A DNA stretch of 49,391 bases from Perkinsus chesapeaki ATCC PRA-425 (lineage: Eukaryota > Protista > Perkinsozoa), in the NCBI GenBank assembly GCA_013115145.1, contig JAAPAO010000230.1, positions 1-49,391 on the forward strand, in the 5' to 3' direction. A model generated the notes under the pieces. The model did no database searches, was not told where the DNA came from, and worked only from the letters and a program-made list of their open reading frames with translations. Of the stretch, positions 13,161-23,295 are shown in pieces; the stretch's first letter is position 1; each line of letters starts with the position of its first letter. The translations under genes were made by a program, and so were the position numbers.

Positions 13161-13307
13161 GAGGATACCCGCTCAGATGAAATCGATTGCCGAAATGAAT
13201 AAGTTCTTGCCAATCAGCTTAAGTCTAGGTCTGCTTGCGAAGAAGATATTCTGTCACATTCCACAATTGAGTTAATCAAACTCAACATTCATCCACTAGA
13301 AAAATCA

Positions 13308-15741
13308 TCATTCTTTCTTTCTCTTTCTCTTCCTGCTTGATTGACTCGAGCTCTTCCTGGGACCTCGTCCACCTCCCGATTTAGGGGTCAAACTAATGAC
13401 GTCACTCGCCGCAGTACCACTCGGCACTGCGGCCTTCCGAGCAGCTTTCAGCCAGGCATCACGCTTGAACAATCCAAGTTGAGCCATGTCCGTCTCGGAG
13501 GAGCCTGAGAACCCAAAAAGGTCGCAATTTTCCCCGAGATTGGCAACGGCGGCACTAATCGTTGGCCTTGCAAGGCTAGAAGGAACGATAGTATGATCGT
13601 TACCGAGTGTGTGGAGTCCTCGCCACACTGAGAGATCGTATCGACCGTCCTCTTCGACAAAGAATCTCACTTCACTCGCGATGTCATCTGGTAAGTTAGA
13701 CTTGAACTCTTGTTTAAATCGTTCAAGTACTCCGGGAATAAGGAAGAGGCCGCCTCCGAGTATAACCTGAGGGATTTCAGCCATGTGATAAGAGCCTTTA
13801 ACCAGCGCCCGATTAGTTCAGCTGGATAGAATGTCTGCCTACGGAGCAGATGGTCGTAGGTTCGAATCCTGCATCGGGTATTTCAAACCCCGTAAACCTC
13901 CAAACCCTTCTTTACCTTCTTAGCAACAGCGGACCTTGTAGCTGCCGGTGCCTTCATAACCGCTCCTGCAGCCATCTCTCCTAACCCTTCCTGCACTATC
14001 CCGATAGACCCGGGCTGCCAGAGGGCTTCACAAATGACCATTCGTTCGTGATTCAAGTCAACAAATTCTCCACTCGAATTTCCTTCTTCTATTTGAGGAT
14101 CGACCACTCGGCCCAAGTGGCTCGATGACGAGGAGTGATCCGGCAGGACATATCGTCTGATTGTCTCGCTGGGATTAGCTCGAGCTGCTTGGACCTCCTC
14201 CGCAAAGTTCAGTGCCGAATAGCACATATTCTCACGGATGTGCTCCACAAGAAGTGGCGCATCGTCAAGATCGACTTGGTTATACCTAAAACAAGCCCGC
14301 TGCGACTTGATCGTTATTGGACTTGCTACGCCAGAGCCTCCTTAAGATAATTAGTCATGACTCTTCCACCGACATCCATTCTTTGAGCGCAATGCTCCAA
14401 AGGATAAGTGTTGTAACTGAAGGTATCTATACAATACACTACTCCGCTGAGCTGGAAAGAGACCTCTGCGCGGAGAAGAAGCCAGTGACTAGTTCTAGTT
14501 TTTCTGTTACTCAACGGCTCACTTGTTCGTGAGCCTCTATCAACCTCATAGCCTCAGTGCACTAAGGCCGCCGAGCAGATCCCATTGTAGTTGTTGACGG
14601 ATGATCACAGCCTGTGAACTCTGTGATTAGTTGGTCCTGATGGTTCGAAATTTATGCTACCCTAGTATAAGAAGAAGAGTATCCAGAGTCGTAGTGTCCA
14701 ATAGAAGATGGAAGTATAACCATTTTGAAGGAAAAGTGGGTCTTGTAATATCTGTCATTTACAGAGGTTCGTACTAGATACCTCAAAGCTGAGGCCACAG
14801 TTATTACAGTGAGTGCCTGCTTCCCGAAGGAAGAACATGCTTTCGGATATTAACTAATCTCCGCCGTAACGAGACACCCGCCCATATTACACCGGTACCG
14901 CGCGGCAACCACTGAATCCCGCGTCGACGATGAGCCCACAGGGATTCCTCCACTCATCATCACCAAACTGCGATGTTATCCCCTGACTGAATTGAAGGCA
15001 TATCGGGGAGTCTATGAACAACGCTCGAGCGAACCCGAAGTCCTCGAAGAGAACCTGAAATGATCTGGTGGCTGGACCCGCAGGATAGAGCCTTCCCGAT
15101 CTACCTGCATACCGACTCTTGTGACCATCACTGGGCAGAACAACGGCTGTGAAACCAGCACGGTGACCTCCGAGAGATCCGTGCCCTGACATGCCATACA
15201 TTTCACAGATTCCTAACAACGGGGCCAGTAGCCCGATACTTGGTATTTTTTTATAAAATTCATAAAATGACTTTAAATTGAATTCTATTGCCGCCAACTG
15301 AGCGCAGAAAAGGTAATAAAAGCTTCGTACTCCGCACCCGAAAAGCCCAGGAATCCCATCGACAAGAGGGCATCACTTTTGGGAGTAATCCAGGCAAGAG
15401 CCGTCGACCATGTATAACTGCATCCCATATAATCTTCTCAGTTTCCCAATCAATAACAACGCCCTTATGGGAGGGTCTCGTCATCGTATACCTAACGCAC
15501 CGATGCCTTCCCTTATCAGTCGCTCGACCTACTCTGGACACGGTGTGATTTCCTTGCCTATTAACAGTTTGTTCTTTGCAGCTTTTCCTCCTCGCCGCGA
15601 TCGAGCTACCGCATTGGGTATCTCCGTTTCAGGGTAGATGGCATCTCCGTCGAGCGTGGAATTAACCAGACCAGCTTTGAGTGATCCACCACCATTGTCG
15701 ATGGTAACCACTATAGGAGCCTTATCACCACCGCCGACCAT
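13308..15741 (-). CDS. ARP6: Actin-related protein 6 (nuclear, SWR1-type), multi-exon, with basic C-terminal extension
   Basis: IDNGGGSLKAG; RPSHKGVVIDWETEKIIWD; VLVSQPLFCP; GLIVDAGFSGCRAVPV; RMDVGGRVMTNYLKE; RRYVLPD; LNHERMVICEALWQPGSIGIVQEGLGE; VILGGGLFLIPGVLERF; SVWRG. Introns resolved include 15492-15532 and 13767-13915. Confidence 0.8.
13807..13880 (+). tRNA. tRNA-Arg(ACG)
   Basis: Full cloverleaf: acceptor GCCCGAT/ATCGGGT, D stem GTTC/GAAT, anticodon stem TCTGC/GCAGA with loop CT-ACG-GA, variable loop TGGTC, T stem GTAGG/CCTGC with loop TTCGAAT, discriminator A. Confidence 0.93.
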
Positions 15742-16073
15742 TTAATTCACCAACAGTCCAATGTGAGTATATAACAGAAGATATGCCCCAAGTAAAGACA
15801 AACGTTAAATGCGCTTTTACGGTGGTATTATTGGCAACCCTAGTTCGCTTTTGAAGCCAATTAGTTCTTCCGCATGACAATCTGTTCCCTAGGAACCCAG
15901 GATCAATGGGAGCTTTTTGTTCTTCTCAATAATTAACTCTCAACCGACTGTGAGCGCAACATTAAAATTCAGCCTGTCCAAAAACGCCTGTGACGGTCAA
16001 CTCTTGGCGCGCGTGAAAAAAGGGCGACAATGACAAAAAAAAGGCGAGCGAGAAAAAAAAGTTGACAAGACGA

Positions 16074-16104
16074 GGAAAAGGGTTGCCTTCGGCAACCCTT
16101 TTCC
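16074..16104. repeat. Perfect 14-bp hairpin in the divergent intergenic region
   Basis: GGAAAAGGGTTGCC-TTC-GGCAACCCTTTTCC. Confidence 0.95.
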
Positions 16105-16126
16105 CAACCAGGGCAGTATTTTGCCC

Positions 16127-16165
16127 GTTCGATCCCCGGTGAGGATACTTTTCCGAATTTTTTTT
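16127..16165 (+). promoter_or_regulatory. Isolated B-box/T-arm-like element followed by T-tracts
   Basis: GTTCGATCCCCGGTGAGGATA, then TTTT (16149-16152) and T8 (16158-16165). No A-box, D arm or anticodon arm. Confidence 0.4.
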
Positions 16166-16691
16166 CGCGCTCCTTGCGTCCGGTCACTTTCACTCTTCGG
16201 GGCACTTCTTCTCCTGTTTGAAATGAAGTGCTCCGCATTCCACCGTACAGAAGGTATAGTATCCGTCGACTATTTGCGCGGTACTAGGAGGTCCTAGTAT
16301 ATGAACTCAACCCTTAGGGCTCATGCTCAGTAAACCATCTATCAAACTCACCTTGGTGTTCTCTTCCCGCTTCACGTGTGCCCTTTACGATTGAACGGTT
16401 GTCGACGAGCAGCTACATTTACTCTATACCCTTCAATTAGTAAGGCTTTCTTTGAGCCGAGATGAGCTCCGAAGCAATCATTTTTGCGCCGTCAGACTTT
16501 TTCCCACACCACAGCGGGGTCATAGGGGAACAACAAACGTTCCCTGAAGGAACATGGCAATTAGAGTCTATTTTTGCCCTGGAAGCATTCAATCAATATT
16601 TCTTGATTAATATTCTTGATCAATTCTTTATTAATATTTTCATTCAATTCATTCTATCAATATTTTTTAGGACATCTGGACCAGATGTGGA

Positions 16692-16742
16692 CCAAAATTG
16701 TTACTATTTACCAGATGATCTGGTAAATAGTAACAATTTTGG
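16692..16742. repeat. Perfect inverted repeat, 25-bp arms, 1-nt spacer
   Basis: CCAAAATTGTTACTATTTACCAGAT-G-ATCTGGTAAATAGTAACAATTTTGG, preceded by the echo palindrome ACATCTGG-A-CCAGATGT (16672-16688). Confidence 0.97.
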
Positions 16743-16770
16743 GCTCTCAAAAACACTATTTCCTGAATGA

Positions 16771-17256
16771 GTGCCTGTGGACACCGCAGCACTGGGAATT
16801 GCTCTAGTGAACTGTCGCACCCGAAAACTACGCATCCTCGCAAGCTTCGGAGAACGCGTATTTGTTAGTTTTGACTTTCATTATGTCAACTACTCTCACG
16901 CCTGCCCTTATAAGGATCACGCTTCGATCCAAATTCGCGGACGATACAGAATATCTTCAACAGGAGGTAAATCTGTATCACCTGCGTTCGCGTCCATCCG
17001 CTATCAGATAGCATCCCTCGTTTCATCCTTACTCCGGTCGACAAAATGTGCCATCACTATCCGAAGCTGTCGAGCATCTTCAGAGGACGCGTTGGTTACG
17101 ATGACACTTGCTATAGACTTTGCGAAGCCAGAGTCGGGTATGCGTGCTTATTCATGCCCCCTAGGAGACATTCTCGCCTCAGGTTCAACACAAACCCTCA
17201 ACAAGTTGTCGAAGAAGCTTGCAGAAGAAGCTCGAAGGTCCCAGGTGAGGAAATGA
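16771..17256 (+). CDS. Probable upstream exon(s) of the IQ-NHR gene, or a separate gene
   Basis: 161-codon open frame ending at a good donor (CCCAG|GTGAGG). Its join to the 17496 exon could not be phased. Confidence 0.4.
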   Translation: MPVDTAALGIALVNCRTRKLRILASFGERVFVSFDFHYVNYSHACPYKDHASIQIRGRYRISSTGGKSVSPAFASIRYQIASLVSSLLRSTKCAITIRSCRASSEDALVTMTLAIDFAKPESGMRAYSCPLGDILASGSTQTLNKLSKKLAEEARRSQVRK

Positions 17257-17495
17257 ACATCGTCTTTGAGATGGCGCACACTGTGCGCCAGTCTTGTGAG
17301 TTGTCAAGGTGCTCCGTTTATGTCGTAGTGGAAACTTAGTTTTCAAAGCTCCATCAGTGGTTCGTCTTGAGAGCGCACGAAACTCCCGAGGAATTCCACT
17401 AGACATCGAAGAAGGTCTTTTTGCAATTACACACACTCGATTGTCCCATTAATGCTGAAGACTGCGGCGCTTCTTAGGTTGCCGACGAAATCGAC

Positions 17496-20359
17496 GTGAA
17501 AGTCATTCGATTGCCTCAAACGGTTGACAGCATTGTATCTAAATCACGGCCACCTTCTCGCAGAGGTTCGAACCGCAGAGAGAGCAATTCTATCAGTCCT
17601 GAGCGATCTATTCTGAAACCGTCCCGAAGCAGCAGTCCGATTGGGTCCAAAACTCTGGGAGCACCCACCGTTCATTTTGCACCGCCGACGACCCTTCACA
17701 TCTCCGTGGAACGAGACAAGGGCAGGCGAAAATCGAAAAAGTTATCGTCCCGGAAGAGTTCGAGAAACCGTTCAGAAGTGTCAAATACTGATCTGATGGA
17801 ATCACTAGAGAATCTGCATCCTGCACAATCGTCGAAACACTCTAGAGGAAAGAAGCGAAGCGAGAAAAAGCGGGACTCGTCCAAGCGGAGCCCTTCGCTG
17901 CGGATAGTTAGGGACCAGGCTATGCTGGGCCTGGTGCCATCGTTTGAGCATGGGCTCGCGACGGAGAGCAAATACTCTACAAAACCTGCCCGAGAAAAGT
18001 CCGATGTGGAGGCCTGGAGAGAGCGCTGGAGGCGAACGCAAGCTGCTCTCAAGCTCCAGGCGATATTCAGGGGTAAAATCGTGAGAAAAATTGTAGACGT
18101 GAAAAACAAGCGACTGCGGAGGTTCCGAATCCTCATGTTGTGCGCGGCTCGAGCTAAGATACTTGCGTGGAATGTTCGGCGAAAAATAGCGGCAACGAGA
18201 CGGATGCAGGCCATTCACAGAGGCAATCAAGTTCGCAATAAAGTGTCCGAAATGCTAGCGAACCGACTTCGATCAGCGCTGATTCTGGTTCAGCGAGTTT
18301 GGAGAAAGCGGAGAGCTGCCGTTAAGATCCAATCGCGCTTCAGGGGTTGGCGTGATTGGATTCGGCTGAGAGAGATTATAGCTGGGGAGGGAACGAGACA
18401 GTTTGTTGTGAGGCAAAACCGAGATATAGTCCTCAAAGGGTTGTGGGGCGGTGGAGAGATGCGGGTTCGATTCCCGGTGGGGACATGTTGCCTCGTTTCC
18501 ATTAGCTCCGGGATGTGGAGACTTCACAAGGATGGTGAAGCCAGACCTGTTGGAGAGCTCAAGTTGCGAGGAGCCGGAAGAGTCTATTCTTCATCACTTT
18601 CCGTCATCTCGGTTCTTCCGCCCGTGGCGAGTAGGAGTAAGATCGGTCCGTTCAGCCAAGAGAAGTTCCTCTCGGTTGAATGCGCTCTTTCGAGCGGGGC
18701 CAGCGATGCCCTCACACTCGGCAACAGAGTGTTCTCGGTTAGCACTAAGGCGAAGAAACTCGTTATGTCCGACGCGAGCGGCGTCGACCGGCGGGAATAT
18801 GTCCTTCCGAGCGTGCACGGTTACGTAAGAATTTTCATGGAAGTTCTCAGTAAGAGCGTGGTGCGGCTCAGCCTGCAATGGGCTGGAACGAGATGGCTTG
18901 TCGTGAGACAGCGAGTAACTGGATGGGAAAATCCTCGAAATTTCAAACTTTCCGGCGGAGCGAAGCTCAGTCCGGCATGTCCTGTTATTCCCGTTGAAGT
19001 TGTTCGGGAGCAATTCCCCGACGGTCTGAAGAAATCGCTTCCCGATGTTGCGATGGTTCGGTCTGAAAAGGCGGATGCGAGTAGAAGGAATGTAGCGCCC
19101 AGACCAGAGGAGGAAGAGGTTTACACGATTAACAGTACCGAGTCGATGAGTTCGAGAGACAACCGCAGATCGAAGCGATCTGTCATATTGACGAGGTAGA
19201 GCATGCTTGCAATCTTACGGAATCTTGCAATTCCTCAACGATTTTCAGACCCTCACGACTCTCCGAGAAAACTCCGGCGAGAAATTCAACTCCGGCCGAT
19301 GCTATTATATCGGCGGCTGGAGTTTTCCGAAATTCCGTGGAGCAAATATTCGGCGCGCGCCAGGAAATTGGGGATAACACCAGCTACAGCAGCAGCAGCG
19401 TCTCATCTATCACGAGCCTGAGCAATAGCGTTCGTGGCCGGAGAGCTGCGATGAGAGGGTGAGCTGCATACGTTGATGCAGGCGGGCTGCATTTTATTTT
19501 TAGGGTCTCATCTTTGATATCGTGTAGAGGTAACAGAACTTCCTTGACGGCAGAGACAGATGAGCTCACCTGCAATGATCCTTGCGGGAGCACATGGGCC
19601 ATTACCACGGAACCTCTGCAGGAACAGCAAGGCCGGGAGATATACATGTAAAAATACCGTCCCCGGGGATCGAACCAGGAGTCTTCTGGATGCAGGTCGT
19701 TCAAGATCTCTGTTCGGGGAGCACAGACTTATCCGACGGACGATGGCCATCACGGCATGTTTGGAATTGGCTTCACCACCAATGATGAAATTGACGAAAT
19801 ACCTAAGAAGAAAAGTTAGTTCACCCGAGCCGCACGAACCTCACGCAGTTCCGCTCCGTTCAGGCGTCTGCCTCTTCGGGTATAACTTCAGCAGTCCGAC
19901 AGCAGAGTCTCGAAGAAAGAGTCTCGCCGGTCAATCTCGGATCCGGTACACAACTTTCTACGATGGCCGGGAATGGAAGAAGTTGGAGGACTCTCTTTTA
20001 CCTAAAGTTAACGACGAAGTTGAGCTGGTAGGTTGGGGTCTGCAAATCGGGATTTGACTTTGCTCTTCTCCTCAGGTTATCATGGGAGATCGAGTGTGCG
20101 TTCTTGTGAACGATTGGGCTGTATTTATCAGTGACGAGTTGGACCCGTCTTTGCTACGACGGATGAGAACGCAGCGCATGTAAGCATGTAGCTTCTGCTG
20201 TGAACGACCATTTGGATTCCCAGTTACGGTATCGTCGACCTCTGCGGAGGGCCGGTGTACGACGTTGCATGCGAGCTGAACACTGAAGTAGAGGCGACGG
20301 TTCTTCGAGCCCTCAAGGCCAAAGAACCAACACGGTTACTTCCAATGGGGGCCTCCTGA
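17496..20359 (+). CDS. IQ calmodulin-binding motif protein with C-terminal neuralized-homology (NHR)-like domain
   Basis: IQ motifs LQAIFRGKIVRK, MQAIHRGNQVR, VQRVWRKRR, IQSRFRGWRD. Frame-consistent exons ..19195, 19249-19458, 19504-19647, 19696-19814, 19849-20027, 20076-20179, 20224-20359 give YMSFKISV..GMFGIGFT..GDRVCVLVND..IYGIVDLCG (NHR-like). The true start lies upstream. Confidence 0.7.
19655..19695 (-). pseudogene. tRNA 3'-half-like sequence (positions 32-73) filling a 48-nt intron in antisense
   Basis: Minus strand: CT-GCA-TC-CAGAA-GACT-CCTGG-TTCGATC-CCCGG-GGACGGT-A then TTTTT. Spacing is exactly tRNA-like; one T-stem mismatch; no purine at position 37; no 5' half adjacent. Confidence 0.6.
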
Positions 20360-20776
20360 GGCCATGCATGGGCTTCTGCCACTCGAGCGATTTGCTCGGA
20401 TTAGATACGAATGGTGTCATTAGAATGCTAGTTTTGTGTTGTCACGAAAGTGGGTCTCGTTAACCGCAGCAGCTGGCGAGAATATCAAATGAGTTTTCAA
20501 TGCGCGCGTCCACACTAAGAGAACTTTCCTCACCACCAACGAACGTCAGAAGCCTTTGGGGGGACTTCAGAGGCAACACAGTGCTACAGAATACAGAGCG
20601 AAAGAAAAAACGGCGAACGTCACCTGAAAGACAAACAGCGGTGCAAGACCGAGAAACAAGAGAGTACGGCGAGGGCTAGAACGAAGCGGCTTTTTTCACA
20701 CTGCGCCGCGCAGCAAAGCGGGATTAGAAAATTGTCTTTGTGGTGGAGGCTTTATGCTTTTCGGACTTCTCAGGTC

Positions 20777-22081
20777 TGGGAGAGACTACCGCTTCTGGCG
20801 GTCGCAATCTGTGAAAGCGATGGCCGACCTGGAGCGTGCACGAGGCGACGAGATGGGGAGGATCTTGAACGCGCATACCAAGAAGTGCAGACTACCTTGT
20901 TGCTGTTAGAGGCTCACCTCAATGACAGATATGGTTCCTTGCGAGCTTTCATCCACAACAGAATGATAGAGCGGTATTTGCATAATAATGAGATATCGAT
21001 TGAACAAGAAGTGAGGCGAACAGGACCGAATCATGGGCTAATGATACCCTCGACCAGGCTAAGAGACAGAAGGCGCTGAACGTGGTGGCACGGATAAAAG
21101 AGAAGCGATTGGCGGAGCACAATCTTGACGGTATCAGACGACATGCGAAGGCTTATAGTGCATTGCTTGTTTTGCCAGCTCGCCGTGCAGCCACGGAAGA
21201 GAGTCTTCGCCACTTATCTAAAATGAATCAGGTAACGCTCATATCGAGGGTGTGCGCTGGACTCTCCGCCAGGCATATTTTCCTCACGAACGGAAGCTCT
21301 CTGGTGGGAGACAGACGGCCTGCGATGTTTTGGGAACGACGCGTGCTGTGGACCGGGCGAACTCGCTCCATAAAGCGGACACAGTAAGAGTCCGCCGAGC
21401 TTGAGCTCGATACGCTACCAAGCACCTTTCAGTTGAAAAAGAAGTGCATTCCTCGACCTCGAACCACTCTCACTCTATCTCATAGTAATTCGAGTGATGG
21501 CGAAGCGACGAACTTGCGGATGATTTACGAGAGGGCCCCCGCATACGGAAACGACCCCGATGCGGCAATCCGGAACGCCCTCGGAGATTATCGGCCAATG
21601 ACTGTGGGAGTTGTTGCAGGTCTACCCTAAGTGCTAGGATTGAACTAACTGTCTTGCGATGCAGATGCAGAGCAGGCGCTCTCACGTGCGCGAGGATTCC
21701 GAGGGGAAGTCGAGCGCTTTATAACAGCGGGTGAAGCGAAACTGCAAAGTCGATCAGCTACAATGCATAGTAAGTCGTTTGCTTGAGTACAGGTATCACG
21801 ATGCCTCATCAGGGAACTCTAGGAGCCCACTACAGAGATCGTCATCGGTAACGACTAGAAAGCCGTCTTTACCGGCTCCCTTCACCACTGACATGCTTCT
21901 CCGGCCTCTACTGTATGCCATCAGAAAGAGAGCATTGCGGGTCAATAACGTGTTCTCCTGTGCAGATACAATATTAGAGGCACTCCGCAACACGCCCCTC
22001 CGCTACGTGAAGACCTTCAAGGGCTGCTTGTGGGAGCTATGTGAACGCCACTTTATTTGCGATTCCTTTCATGTTTGGTGA
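20777..22081 (+). CDS. Hypothetical multi-exon gene
   Basis: Successive protein-like open frames (20732-21079, 21082-21387, 21433-21630, 21731-22081) separated by GT/AG signals; no family recognised. Confidence 0.35.
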
Positions 22082-22473
22082 TGAATAGTTGAGTGCGTCG
22101 AGTTAAGTTTCAACGTCTCAAATCATATACGAACTGCTTGATGCCGACAAACCGAAGTGATATTACGAACACAGAGCTAGCACCGAGTTTAAGAAGCTGG
22201 TTACGCGCCATGAGGCCTCATACACAAATACTCTAGTTGGAACACAAGGCCTTGAAATCATCATTATAGAAAGAGTGGCAATAGAATGGACTTATTGTAC
22301 GGTATCATACCGAGCCGATTCAACACGAGTATTCTTAGTCGTGGATAGTAGCGGCCTGAGAATACAGCCAACTCCAGTTTGTCACCTAGGCCACCGCATC
22401 AGCCTCATCAGACACCACAAAGACGGCCTCTATCTTTGACTGCAATTTGGTTGTTGAAGATGTTATCGGTCGG

Positions 22474-23259
22474 TTATTGAGCTTGAGCTCCGGGACTCGA
22501 AAAGTTACCCTTAATTAGCAAATAATCATATTCTGATACCGTCACTCTAACCTGGGAGTCCCGAGATCCGGAAAAAGTTTTCCTTGCAGTTGACTTATAA
22601 TAACTGCGTTCACAGATGTGAGCCGCTTCTGACGAAATTGTCACATTCCGTTGTAGAGTGCCGAGAGGCACGATCGTATTAATACTCAGTAGACCAACAT
22701 CCTGTCCTAGAAAAGAGGGTTCAACATCAAGGGCTATGAGAAAGACGACCGAGTCATCAATTGAAAGGATGTGGCCAAGGCAAGGGTAAGCAAGACCAGC
22801 ACTTCCAAGTGAGATGCGATACTTTACTGGGAGTTCCGCATCTCCGTGAATGCCAAGGTCTATCCTTGATAGAGCTAAGATGTCTCCCAGTGCGTAAACC
22901 AGCCTAATGCTTCGAATACACACCTTCATCCACGAGGGATTATTCTTGATAGACACAGTGAAGTTTATGTTAGCGTACTGACCAGGGGCATCTGGGAAAA
23001 GATGATGGTCCGCCCAAAATGCTGGCCCAGGATCGAAGTTAGTAATCCCCACTGTCCAGTTGGAAATATAAGAACATGCCACGTAATGCTTGAACAATAA
23101 TAGTAGAAAGTTGAAGATCAAGTAGAAGGCAAAAAGACTCCAGAGCCATGTCAGAATCAACCGGCGGTATTTATGCTTGGTCCTATCAGTTTGAGGTGCT
23201 AACAGGAGAGCCGTAGTACACGGTTCATCAACAGCAGGTTGATTGGATGCAAGGAGCAT
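22474..23259 (-). CDS. Membrane-anchored LEA_2/WHy-like protein, paralog 1 (intronless)
   Basis: N-terminal TM (LILTWLWSLFAFYLIFNFLLLLF) followed by NINFTVSIKNNPSWMKVCIRSIRLVY, resembling the LEA_2 strand-NPN-strand pattern; colinear with two neighbours. Confidence 0.75.
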   Translation of the reverse strand: MLLASNQPAVDEPCTTALLLAPQTDRTKHKYRRLILTWLWSLFAFYLIFNFLLLLFKHYVACSYISNWTVGITNFDPGPAFWADHHLFPDAPGQYANINFTVSIKNNPSWMKVCIRSIRLVYALGDILALSRIDLGIHGDAELPVKYRISLGSAGLAYPCLGHILSIDDSVVFLIALDVEPSFLGQDVGLLSINTIVPLGTLQRNVTISSEAAHICERSYYKSTARKTFSGSRDSQVRVTVSEYDYLLIKGNFSSPGAQAQ

Positions 23260-23265
23260 CGATGC

Positions 23266-23295
23266 ACCTTTTAGAGCATTCTTGCTCTAAAAGGT
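23266..23295. repeat. Perfect 13-bp hairpin just upstream of a start codon
   Basis: ACCTTTTAGAGCA-TTCT-TGCTCTAAAAGGT, 7 nt upstream of the ATG at 23259 (-). Confidence 0.95.

Noticed and set aside
16462-16770. 102-aa ORF
   Set aside because: Spans AT-rich low-complexity sequence and the 25-bp palindrome; I/F/N-rich composition indicates non-coding DNA.
17608-19013. Long antisense and overlapping ORFs opposite the IQ exon, and likewise 30715-32019 opposite LicD
   Set aside because: Shadow frames of GC-rich coding sequence.
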